In this document: piece after piece, positions 18,100 to 26,750 of the stretch
Numbering within the stretch: the stretch's first letter is position 1
How the letters are laid out: the number at the start of each line of letters is the position of its first letter
Assembly: GCA_037442105.1 (NCBI GenBank)
Contig: JBBIQV010000004.1
Coordinates: 62,001 to 108,638, forward strand
Source of the DNA: Nitrospiraceae bacterium
GTDB taxonomy: Bacteria; Nitrospirota; Nitrospiria; Nitrospirales; Nitrospiraceae
Reading direction: 5' to 3'
Length of the DNA stretch: 46,638 nucleotides
The notes under the pieces: model-generated
Told to the model about the DNA's origin: nothing
The model's database searches: none
Seen by the model: only the letters and a program-made list of their open reading frames with translations
Made by a program: the position numbers and the translations under genes

Positions 18100-19554
18100 A
18101 TGCAGATCGAGATGGCTCCGTTCACTGCATGGCTGCCCGTCCGTCCCGACCAGGACATTGATCTAGTCGTCAAGTTCGTGGGCACTGACGTGCCCGGTCT
18201 CCTCGCGGAGTTCCCTGCCTTCGCGCAAGTCCTGGCCGCTCTGGGAAGTGACGTGGTTGCTGAGACCAGGAAATTGAGCGGGGTGTCCGGGGAGTGGGCG
18301 CTCCGAGTTCGCATCGCGTCCCGGCCGATTCATTCGACAGGACATGGGTGTGATGTATTGGTGCACCTGGGCGAGGACATCCCGGACTTCCGACGATTCG
18401 GCCTGCAGCCGGGAAGCGTGCTTCTGTGGGAGCCGCCCGATCAGCATCGACTTCAGCCGATCATGCCCGAGGCAGTGATTGTGTATCCCGTCCCGTTGAA
18501 GGAGATCAGCGCCCAATATGGCGAGGGAGTTTTGGGAAAGGGGCTCGCCTCCTTCGGAGCTCTGGCACAGCTTCTCGGGATCCCCGAAGAGTCGCTGCAA
18601 GTCTACAGCAGGTCGCTGCCAGCCCCCTGTTCGTTCGATGCCGGGTTTCGGTTTGCCCGTCGCACGCTTGTGAAGCGCGACATTTATTCGCTTCCGCTCG
18701 CGTCCGCCGGGAAGAGGCGCATCATCCTGTCTCTGGAGCAGGCTGTGCGGCTGGGGTTCGCCGCCGGTCACTGCGACTGCGGGACGGAGTGCTCCGGGAA
18801 ATTGAAACGGTCGCCGACAGAATGGGTCGAAACGCACGTGGCCGTAGCCGACAGAGTGGTGTCGCGCCTCCACAGTGAGAACCATCCGGATGTGCAAGCC
18901 TATCGGGGGCTGGAAGGCAACGTCATTGCTTTGTTCCGAGGAGACGACGCAGCGCTCTCGTCCTATATCAATGGGCGTCCAAACCTGAGAATTTTCGTGG
19001 CGGCCGATGTGCCGGATGTGATGAATCTCTTGATCACGGGACATCGTCTGATCCGTCACGGCCTCGCCGGTGTTGTGGGTGTGTTGGTCGACGATACCCT
19101 GGCAGGTCGCACTCAGACCGTCTTGGTCGAACAGTTGGCTGCAGTGGCTCAAGCGGCAGAGGCGGATTCAAAGGCCGGGCCCGATCGAGATCAAACAGGC
19201 GGACCATCGATTGTTCAGGTTGAGCGTGAAGGTGAAAGCGGAGCAGAGGTTGGGTACGTCGCCTGGGGCGCAGCTCAGGGGGTGGTTCGTGACGCCGTGG
19301 CCCTCTGCCGGAGTTTCGGCCTAAGAGTTGCGGCCATGTATCCCAAAGAGATACTGCCGCTGCCTATCGAGGCATTGGAGTCGTTTGCCGGAACTGTGAA
19401 GCGAGTGGTGGTCGTGGAGTCCGGTCCTCGGGCCCCTTATGCGGATCGCGTGAGCCGATGGTGTTCGTTTCGGCCGTCTGTTGTGATGCCTGAGCAGGGC
19501 AAGGCGCTGACACCGATGGACATTTTTTTGCGAGAGGGATTGGGGGCACTGTAA
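18100..19554 (+). CDS. Degenerate KorA-like 2-oxoacid:acceptor oxidoreductase gamma-alpha fusion
   Basis: Gamma-like N-terminus (VRIASRPIHSTGHGCDVLVHL); C-terminal PFOR_II domain (AEVGYVAWGAAQGVVRDAV..KRVVVVE); YPITP motif absent, CDCGTEC in its place. Confidence 0.7.
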   Translation: MQIEMAPFTAWLPVRPDQDIDLVVKFVGTDVPGLLAEFPAFAQVLAALGSDVVAETRKLSGVSGEWALRVRIASRPIHSTGHGCDVLVHLGEDIPDFRRFGLQPGSVLLWEPPDQHRLQPIMPEAVIVYPVPLKEISAQYGEGVLGKGLASFGALAQLLGIPEESLQVYSRSLPAPCSFDAGFRFARRTLVKRDIYSLPLASAGKRRIILSLEQAVRLGFAAGHCDCGTECSGKLKRSPTEWVETHVAVADRVVSRLHSENHPDVQAYRGLEGNVIALFRGDDAALSSYINGRPNLRIFVAADVPDVMNLLITGHRLIRHGLAGVVGVLVDDTLAGRTQTVLVEQLAAVAQAAEADSKAGPDRDQTGGPSIVQVEREGESGAEVGYVAWGAAQGVVRDAVALCRSFGLRVAAMYPKEILPLPIEALESFAGTVKRVVVVESGPRAPYADRVSRWCSFRPSVVMPEQGKALTPMDIFLREGLGAL

Positions 19555-19581
19555 TCAGTACGACAGAAAGGAGTCAGGTGA

Positions 19582-20160
19582 ATGAAACCGGACAAAATGG
19601 TGATCGGGCCTGAGGGGTATCTGCCGCCGGCCGCGTCGGCAAAAGGCGTCGTCGGGCCTTCGAAAGGCGAGGGACTGGTGATGGGGGAGATCGTTCCCGA
19701 ACAGAAAGCCATCGAAGAAGCGGCGCGTCGGTTGGTGGAGGCCAAGAACCCGACGATCTTCCCCGGGCCGCTGGTGCTATGGGGCTGGAATGAGCAGGCT
19801 CTTCGGGAATCGAAAGTGGTCAAATCGCTGGCGGACGCCATCCCGGCTAAGATTATTCCGATGGCGGATTACCGCCCCAAGTATCCGAAAATTATTCCCG
19901 AACGCGAGATCAATCCGAACCATCCCAATCTGACGATCTGGAAGAACAAGATCGATGTCTGCCTGTTTGTCGGTGTCCATTGTCACCAGTCCAACATCGC
20001 GCTCAAGATCATCAGGGGCGGCACCGAATGTTTCACGATTGCGCTGTGTACGTTTAATGGTGATGATGAAGCCCACCTGACGATCCGGGACTTGACTGCC
20101 GAGACGATTCAGGGCATCGTGGACGAGGTGAAGCGGCAGAAGCGAACGCGACCCTCGTAG
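19582..20160 (+). CDS. PorD/ForD-like delta subunit, second paralog
   Basis: AAAGGAG SD; NPTIFPGPLVLWGW, ADYRPKYPKI, INPNHPNLTIWKNKID, FVGVHCHQSN. Confidence 0.8.
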   Translation: MKPDKMVIGPEGYLPPAASAKGVVGPSKGEGLVMGEIVPEQKAIEEAARRLVEAKNPTIFPGPLVLWGWNEQALRESKVVKSLADAIPAKIIPMADYRPKYPKIIPEREINPNHPNLTIWKNKIDVCLFVGVHCHQSNIALKIIRGGTECFTIALCTFNGDDEAHLTIRDLTAETIQGIVDEVKRQKRTRPS

Positions 20161-20396
20161 GAGCCTGTCCGACATTACCGTTCGTGATGAGGCGAAGGAG
20201 GTGCGGCTAGATGCGAGACCGCAGGCCCGGAAAAACCGGAGGCGTATTCGCTGGAATACGTTGAGGATTTTTCCGGGCCGAGAACGACGCAGATGGCCGC
20301 AGATCGTTCGCCGCAGTAGAAGGGTCAATGTCGGACAGGCTCCCAGGCGCGGGGGCGCGGAGTCCTGGCAGATTATTCACGGAGAGGGGGCACATC

Positions 20397-21326
20397 ATGC
20401 ATTACCTGTTTGCTGCAATGTTCGCAGCTCTGATTGGAGCAGGCTTGCCTGCTTGGGCCTATGAAGAAATCAACGTGGCGGATGGGGGGACTCTCAGCGG
20501 CACCATCGTGCTGGAAGGCACGGTGCCCAAGCCGAAAGGGTACAACCTCATGACGTTGCCCGACCCATTCTATTGCGGGCGCATCTCCGATGGGCAAGGC
20601 TGGCGGATCCTGCAACCGTTCCAGGTCGGGCCGGCCGGCGAGTTCCGCGAGGTGGTGGTCTATCTGGAGGGGATCGACAAGGGCAAGCCCTTCGGCGAAC
20701 GGGCCGTGCCGCAAATCGAAGCGAAAGACTGCCTTTTTCTTCCGTTCACGACCGTCGTGCGGGACGATCAATCGGTGACGGTGGTCAACATGGACCCCGT
20801 CATGCACGACATTCAGGCCTATGAAACGTCGCATTTGGGGCCGCGCGTGTTGTTCAACGTGCCCTTGCCGATGAATCCGCAGCACCCGCGCAACTTCAAA
20901 GATCGCAGCGATGCCGCGCTGTACCACAAGCACATGGCCGGCGCGCCGATGAAGCAATTGGTCAATCTCAGCAAGGGCCGCCGGATCTTCGTCATGCAAT
21001 GCGGCTTCCACGCGTATATGGAGAGTTGGGGCCTGGCCGTGACCAATCCCTATTTTGCCAAGACGGACGAGCAGGGCCGGTTCACCATGACCGATGTGCC
21101 GCCGGGCACCTATAAGCTTGTCGTCTGGCATCCCTATATCCGGAACACGATCGAGCACACCGTCACCATCGGCCCAAAGAGGACGACGGAGGCCAATATC
21201 ACGGTCCCGGCCCCGACCGGGCGGCTTTACGCCAACGAGGTGCTGGATCATGCGTACATCCGCTACAACGTGACTGAGGAAACGAAAAAAGAAATCGATC
21301 CGATGATCGAAAAACAGGATCACTGA
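20397..21326 (+). CDS. Secreted cupredoxin-like / carboxypeptidase-regulatory-like domain protein
   Basis: Signal peptide; DPVMH...CGFHAYM (His/Cys/His/Met type-1 Cu-like set); TDEQGRFTMTDVPPGTYKLVVWHP. Confidence 0.75.
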   Translation: MHYLFAAMFAALIGAGLPAWAYEEINVADGGTLSGTIVLEGTVPKPKGYNLMTLPDPFYCGRISDGQGWRILQPFQVGPAGEFREVVVYLEGIDKGKPFGERAVPQIEAKDCLFLPFTTVVRDDQSVTVVNMDPVMHDIQAYETSHLGPRVLFNVPLPMNPQHPRNFKDRSDAALYHKHMAGAPMKQLVNLSKGRRIFVMQCGFHAYMESWGLAVTNPYFAKTDEQGRFTMTDVPPGTYKLVVWHPYIRNTIEHTVTIGPKRTTEANITVPAPTGRLYANEVLDHAYIRYNVTEETKKEIDPMIEKQDH

Positions 21327-21340
21327 GGTCGCAGATAAAA

Positions 21341-21417
21341 CAGCAATCAGCCGTCAGCTCATAGCCTTCGGCTTTCAGATCCGGACGTCAGAAACTGATC
21401 GCTGTATGCTGACAGCT
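21341..21417. repeat. Heptamer tandem-repeat hairpin (TCAGC/GCTGA family)
   Basis: CAGCAAT CAGCCGT CAGCTCA ... CTGATCG CTGTATG CTGACAG. Confidence 0.7.
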
Positions 21418-21510
21418 TCGAGAATGGGGAGGCCGACGTATGCCACGCAACGAAACACAGGCATGGCAGCGTTGGAACTTGATACTCAATAATTCTCCAA
21501 AGCCGATCGC

Positions 21511-23538
21511 ATGTTGAATGTGTTGTGGGTTCTCTTCGTCGGTTATGCGGTCGGCATTCTCCTTCCTCTCTGTCTCCCGCGACGGCCGCGGGGGCAAAGT
21601 CTTGCCGCGAACGTCAGCGCCATCGTGGCGAGCTGCTCGGGGATCACCCTGGGACTTCTCGGTCTTGTGGCCCCTGAGCCGCTGACGGTCTCCATCGCTT
21701 CGACGATTCCTCTGCTCACGTGGGCGATTCGGCTTGATCCTCTCGCCTCGTTCTTCGTTCTGACCATTTCCCTCGCGGGCCTCGCTGCATCGATCTATGC
21801 CATCGGCTATGTTCGGCATTTTCATGGCCGCGTGTCTGTGGCCGCGCTGGGTTCTCTCTGTAACGCGTTTCTGCTCTCGATGACGCTGGTGGTTCTCGCC
21901 GACAACGGGTTCTTTTTCCTGATCGTGTGGGAGCTGATGGCGCTCGTCTCCTATTTCCTCGTGGTGACGGAACACGAGAAACCCGATGTCCGCTATGCGG
22001 GCTTCTTCTACCTGATCATGACGCATGTCGGCACCGCGTTCATCATCTTGGCCTTTCTTATTTTCTTTCAGGAGGCAGGGTCGTTTTCGTTCGAAGCCTT
22101 CCGCCATCCCGAGCAACCGTTGCCCGAAGGGATGAGGACCCTGGCCTTTGTGGCCGCTCTCATCGGGTTCGGCACGAAGGCCGGCATTGTGCCGCTCCAT
22201 GTCTGGCTGCCCTACGCCCATCCGGCCGCCCCATCTCATATCTCGGCGTTGATGTCCGGCGTGATGATCAAGACCGCCATTTACGCGCTGGTTCGCGTCT
22301 ACTTCGATTTCTTCGGCGGGCAGTTCCCCTGGTGGTGGGGCTTCACGGTGCTCGTGATCGGAGCGGTGTCGGCGTTGCTGGGCGTGATGTACGCGCTGAT
22401 GGAACATGATCTGAAAAGCCTGCTCGCGTTCCACAGTGTGGAGAATATCGGCATCATCTTGCTGGGCATCGGTGCCGGCATGATTTTTCAGACATACGGG
22501 TTGAAGGAATTCGCTGCGCTCGGACTGTTGGCCGGCCTGTACCACACCATCAACCATGCCATGTTCAAGGCGCTGCTGTTCTTAGGTGCGGGGTCGTTGC
22601 TCTACGCGACCCACACGCGCAACATGGAAGAATACGGTGGGCTCCTTCGCCGCATGCCCTGGACCGGAGTGTTTTTTCTGGTCGGGGCCGTGTCGATTTC
22701 TGCCTTGCCACCCACCAACGGATTCGTCAGCGAGTGGCTCGTCTTCCAAAGCCTGTTTCTCAGCTTTCAAGTTCCTTCCCTATTGATGAAACTGATGCTC
22801 CCACTCGCCGCCGCGATGTTGGCGCTCACCGGGGTCTTAGCCCTGGCCTGTTTTGCCAAAGCGTTCGGGATCTCGTTTCTTGCGTTGCCGCGGAGTTCCC
22901 ATGCCAGGCATGCGGAGGAAGTGCCGGTTTCCATGCGTCTCGGCATGGGTATGCTCGCAGCGACCTGCGTGTTGCTGGGCCTGTTGCCGATGGTCGTCGT
23001 GCCGTTACTGGATCGAGTGACGGCGCCGTTTGCAGGCGTGTCGATCGCAGGCAAAGTCGTGGCTCTTGACGGCTGGGCCCTGGCGCCGGTCAACATGGAA
23101 TTTTCCAGTCTTTCTTCGCCGGCAATTGCGCTGGGGCTGATCGGATTGTCTTCCCTCGGGCTCTTGCTGGCCGCGGTATTCGGCGGCCTGGCGAAGACAC
23201 GCTACTACAAGACATGGGGCTGCGGGATCAATCTGAGCCCTCGGATGGAATATACCGCGACCGGCTTCGTGCAGCCGATCAAGCGGGTGTTCAGCACGAT
23301 CTATCGGCCGACGGTGAAATTGGAGACGGAGTTGCTCGAAGAGTCCCGGTACTTCGCAAGGCGGCGTCGCTTCGAGTTCCGCATTGAGCCGGTGTTCCAG
23401 AAGTATCTCTATGATCCGGTGGTGGCCTTCTTTTTGACGGCGGCCGACCGGCTCCGGGTGATTCAGGCCGGGAGCCTTCACCTGTACCTGGCTTATATTT
23501 TCGTGACGTTGGTCGTGCTGTTGCTTATAGCTGTATAA
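21511..23538 (+). CDS. hyfB: Hyf/Ehr complex antiporter-like membrane subunit B
   Basis: Proton_antipo_M motifs WELM, GFGTKAGIVPLHVWLPYAHPAAPSHISALMSGVM, LLAFHSVENIGI, LPPTNGFVSEW, TWGCG. Confidence 0.92.
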   Translation: MLNVLWVLFVGYAVGILLPLCLPRRPRGQSLAANVSAIVASCSGITLGLLGLVAPEPLTVSIASTIPLLTWAIRLDPLASFFVLTISLAGLAASIYAIGYVRHFHGRVSVAALGSLCNAFLLSMTLVVLADNGFFFLIVWELMALVSYFLVVTEHEKPDVRYAGFFYLIMTHVGTAFIILAFLIFFQEAGSFSFEAFRHPEQPLPEGMRTLAFVAALIGFGTKAGIVPLHVWLPYAHPAAPSHISALMSGVMIKTAIYALVRVYFDFFGGQFPWWWGFTVLVIGAVSALLGVMYALMEHDLKSLLAFHSVENIGIILLGIGAGMIFQTYGLKEFAALGLLAGLYHTINHAMFKALLFLGAGSLLYATHTRNMEEYGGLLRRMPWTGVFFLVGAVSISALPPTNGFVSEWLVFQSLFLSFQVPSLLMKLMLPLAAAMLALTGVLALACFAKAFGISFLALPRSSHARHAEEVPVSMRLGMGMLAATCVLLGLLPMVVVPLLDRVTAPFAGVSIAGKVVALDGWALAPVNMEFSSLSSPAIALGLIGLSSLGLLLAAVFGGLAKTRYYKTWGCGINLSPRMEYTATGFVQPIKRVFSTIYRPTVKLETELLEESRYFARRRRFEFRIEPVFQKYLYDPVVAFFLTAADRLRVIQAGSLHLYLAYIFVTLVVLLLIAV

Positions 23539-23543
23539 CACGC

Positions 23544-23631
23544 AGGCTAAGGTTGAGGCTGAGGCTAAGAATAACCAGGGAATTTGAAACGACCGCTCTT
23601 CTTTACTCAACCTTAACCTAAACCTCAACCT
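23544..23631. repeat. Hexamer tandem-repeat hairpin
   Basis: AGGCTA AGGTTG AGGCTG AGGCTA ... CTCAAC CTTAAC CTAAAC CTCAAC CT (inverted arms) between hyfB and hyfC. Confidence 0.75.
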
Positions 23632-23637
23632 AGGGGT

Positions 23638-24594
23638 TTGAAGATGCTGCAAGCCGTCACGCTCGTGATCGGCCAAACGATCATCTTGCTGGCCGTCTCG
23701 CCGCTCATCGTGGGGCTGATCCGGAAGGTGAAAGCCCGGCTTCAATTGCGATGCGGGGCCAGTGTCTTCCAACCCTATTCGGATCTCGCGAAACTCTTTC
23801 GCAAACAGCCGGTCGTTTCGACCACGACCTCCTGGATCTTCACCGCCACGCCGTATATCCTGTTCGCTTCCACGCTGGCAGCCGGGCTCCTGGTCCCGGT
23901 CTTCACCTCCAAGATCCCGCTGAACTTCGCTGGCAACATTATTGCTCTCGTGTACCTGCTTGCGCTCGGAACTTTCTTCCTTATCCTGGCCGGTCTCGAT
24001 GCCGGGTCCGCCTTCGGCGGCATGGGAAGCAGCCGGGAGGCGATCGTCGCCTCCCTCACGGAGCCGGCCATGATCATGTCCATCTTCGCGATCGCGCTGA
24101 CCGCCGGCTCCACGAACTTGAGTACCATCGTGCACAAGACCGCCCTGCTGGAAGGGATCATGACCGATCCTTCGCCGCATCTGATGGCGCTCGCCGCGCT
24201 CTTTATCGTGGCCATCGCCGAAACCGGCCGTGTGCCGGTGGACAATCCGGCCACACACCTCGAACTCACCATGATCCATGAGGCGATGATCCTGGAATAC
24301 TCCGGGCGATATCTGGCACTGGTTGAATGGGCGGCCGGTCTCAAACTGCTCGTGTTCCTCACGTTGATCGTGAATGTGTTTGCGCCTTGGGGGATCGCGA
24401 CCAGCATGGAGCCGGCCTCGCTCGGCGTTGCGCTTATCGCCTATCTGTTGAAGGTTTCGTTCGTCGCGGTAGTGATCGGCGTGATCGAATCGATGTTTGC
24501 CAAACTCCGCTTGTTCAGGGTAACGGACTTCCTGGGAGTCGCCTTTATTCTGGCGCTCTTGGGGATGATCTTTTTCTACGTCTTGCGAGGCTGA
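23638..24594 (+). CDS. hyfC: Hyf/Ehr complex NuoH-like membrane subunit
   Basis: QPYSDLAKLFRKQ, FGGMGSSRE, AETGRVPVDNPATHLELTMIHEAMILEYSG, AKLRLFRV; TTG 23638 or ATG 23644. Confidence 0.93.
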   Translation: MKMLQAVTLVIGQTIILLAVSPLIVGLIRKVKARLQLRCGASVFQPYSDLAKLFRKQPVVSTTTSWIFTATPYILFASTLAAGLLVPVFTSKIPLNFAGNIIALVYLLALGTFFLILAGLDAGSAFGGMGSSREAIVASLTEPAMIMSIFAIALTAGSTNLSTIVHKTALLEGIMTDPSPHLMALAALFIVAIAETGRVPVDNPATHLELTMIHEAMILEYSGRYLALVEWAAGLKLLVFLTLIVNVFAPWGIATSMEPASLGVALIAYLLKVSFVAVVIGVIESMFAKLRLFRVTDFLGVAFILALLGMIFFYVLRG

Positions 24595-24595
24595 A

Positions 24596-25264
24596 GTGGC
24601 GCTGTTCTCTTCGCAGATCGGCTCTCAAATGGTGGACTTGGGTTCCGCCCTTCTGCTGCTGACCTGCTTTGCCATTGTGGCGCAACGACGTCTCTCCGCC
24701 TGCGTGGATGTGTTCGCCTTGCAATCGGTCTTTCTGGCTCTGACGGCGGCGCTGGTGGCGTTTCTCACCGGCATTCATCATATCTATGCAGCGGCCGCGC
24801 TTACTGTGGTGATCAAGGTCATCGTGATCCCGCGCATCCTCAAACAGGTCATCGAGCGGCTCAACGTGAAGCGCGAGCTGGAAATGAACGTCAACGTTCC
24901 CTCCGGGTTGCTGATCTGCGGGGGACTGGTAATGCTCGCGTTCTTCATTACTCAGCCCATCATTCCCCTGGGGTTTCTGCTGACGCGCGACTCGTTGGCG
25001 ATCGCGCTGGCCATCATGTTGATCGGGTTTTTTACGATGATCGCCCGCAAGAAAGCGGTGACGCAGGTGATCGGCTTTCTGGTGATGGAAAACGGCCTCT
25101 TTCTGGGCGCCACTGCCGCCGCCTACGGCATGCCGCTCATCGTCGAGCTGGGCGTCTTCTTTGACGTGCTTGTCGGCGCGTTGATCATTGGCATCTACAC
25201 CCATCGGTTGCAGGACGCGTTCGACAGCGTGGACACGAGCAAGCTGACGATCCTAAAGGAATAG
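24596..25264 (+). CDS. hyfE: Hyf/Ehr complex membrane subunit E
   Basis: FALQS, KVIVIP, QVIGFLVMENG, MPLIVELGVFFDVLV. Confidence 0.9.
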   Translation: MALFSSQIGSQMVDLGSALLLLTCFAIVAQRRLSACVDVFALQSVFLALTAALVAFLTGIHHIYAAAALTVVIKVIVIPRILKQVIERLNVKRELEMNVNVPSGLLICGGLVMLAFFITQPIIPLGFLLTRDSLAIALAIMLIGFFTMIARKKAVTQVIGFLVMENGLFLGATAAAYGMPLIVELGVFFDVLVGALIIGIYTHRLQDAFDSVDTSKLTILKE

Positions 25265-25268
25265 GGAA

Positions 25269-26750
25269 ATGGTCTGGCCTCTTGCCGTTCTGATTGCAGC
25301 CCCTCTTATCGCAGGAGTAGGCAGCCTGCTGGCCAGAGACCGGCGGATCGTGGAGGTGCTGCAGTGCGCGCAATCAGGGGCGCTGTTCGCTTCGACCGGG
25401 CTCGTGATGGAGCGAGTCGTCGCCGGTGGAGGGATATCGGTCGGTGTTTTCCTGCAGGCCGATGCGCTGAGCGCGTGGCTCGATCTGATTCTCGGCGTGG
25501 TGGGTGGTACCGGGACCCTGTATGCCGTGGGATACGTAGGCGAAGAAATGCGTCGCGGGCATTGGTCATGGCGGCGCTACCGCCAGTTCTTCTGCCTCTT
25601 CGATCTGTATTTGGCCGCCATGCTGACGGCGGTGAATCAGGAGAATATCGCCATTATGTGGATCGCGATCGAAGGCTCCACGCTGGCCGCCGCTCTGTTG
25701 ATCGGGTTTGAGCGTAGCAAGGCGGCGTTGGAGGCCGGCTGGAAATATGTGATCCTGAGTTCCGTGGGCATCGCGCTGGCCCTGTTCGGGACCATTCTCA
25801 TCTACTATTCATCCGAACAGGTGTTGGGCGTCTCGAGTGAAGCGTTGCGTTGGTCTCAGCTCTATCAGGTAGCCGAACGGTTGAACCCGGCGGCCATCAA
25901 AATTGCGTTCATCTTTGCATTGATCGGCTATGGGACGAAGGCCGGTGTCGCGCCGATGCATACCTGGCTGCCGGACGCGCATGCTGAAGCGCCGACTCCG
26001 GTGAGCGCCATGTTGTCCGCGAACATGCTCACTCTGGCGGTCTATGCCATTCTGCGCTTCAAGGCGGTGGCGGACCGGACGGTGGGAGCGGCATTTACCG
26101 GCAAGCTGATGATCGGGCTGGCCATGCTCTCACTCGCCGTGGCGGCGACGTTCTTTCTGGTTCAACGCGACTACAAGCGGCTGTTTGCCTATTCCAGCAT
26201 TGAGCATATCGGCATCGTGTTGCTGGGCTTCGGTATCGGGGGAGCCGGGATTTTTGCGGGAACCTGGCACTTGCTCAATCATGCCTTAGCCAAGTCCACT
26301 GCGTTCTATGGCGCAGGACTCGTGTTTCTTCGGCACGATCACAAGGTGTTGGAACGCGTGACCGGCCTCCTTGCGCAGATGCCGTTGGCCGGGACCGCGA
26401 TCCTCGTCGCCGGTGTCGCGTTGGCAGGCCTGCCGCCGTTCGGCTTGTTTGCCAGCGAGGTGCTGATCGCGGTGGGGGCATTTGCGCAGAGCCAGGAAAT
26501 CGCCTCCGGGTTTCTGCTTCTGCTCGCGCTGGCCTTCGCGACGTTGCTCTATCAGGTGTTTCGTATGGCATTGGGAGCACCGGGAGAAGGTGGAAGGGAG
26601 TTGAGCAGACAGTGCCGCCTCTTTGCCGGTGCCGCCGTGGGAGTCAATGTGGCGGTGTTGGGAACGATCGGGCTTAACGTCCCGCCGGGAATGAGCGTCC
26701 TTCTCGTTTCGATTGTGAAGATCTTCAGCATGGGAGCGGAGGCGCCATGA
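25269..26750 (+). CDS. hyfF: Hyf/Ehr antiporter-like subunit F (copy 1)
   Basis: WIAIEGSTL, LEAGWKY, GYGTKAGVAPMHTWLPDAHAEAP, YKRLFAYSSIEH. Confidence 0.88.
   Translation: MVWPLAVLIAAPLIAGVGSLLARDRRIVEVLQCAQSGALFASTGLVMERVVAGGGISVGVFLQADALSAWLDLILGVVGGTGTLYAVGYVGEEMRRGHWSWRRYRQFFCLFDLYLAAMLTAVNQENIAIMWIAIEGSTLAAALLIGFERSKAALEAGWKYVILSSVGIALALFGTILIYYSSEQVLGVSSEALRWSQLYQVAERLNPAAIKIAFIFALIGYGTKAGVAPMHTWLPDAHAEAPTPVSAMLSANMLTLAVYAILRFKAVADRTVGAAFTGKLMIGLAMLSLAVAATFFLVQRDYKRLFAYSSIEHIGIVLLGFGIGGAGIFAGTWHLLNHALAKSTAFYGAGLVFLRHDHKVLERVTGLLAQMPLAGTAILVAGVALAGLPPFGLFASEVLIAVGAFAQSQEIASGFLLLLALAFATLLYQVFRMALGAPGEGGRELSRQCRLFAGAAVGVNVAVLGTIGLNVPPGMSVLLVSIVKIFSMGAEAP

Noticed and set aside
16452..20160. 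CO dehydrogenase or an active POR/OGOR encoded here
   Set aside because: Only delta-like subunits and a degenerate alpha/gamma; no catalytic CODH subunit and no TPP-binding beta subunit
20161..20396. ORF 20201-20464, or a 17-aa peptide (20211-20264) after an AGGAGGT SD
   Set aside because: Too short or featureless to support without conservation or Ribo-seq data
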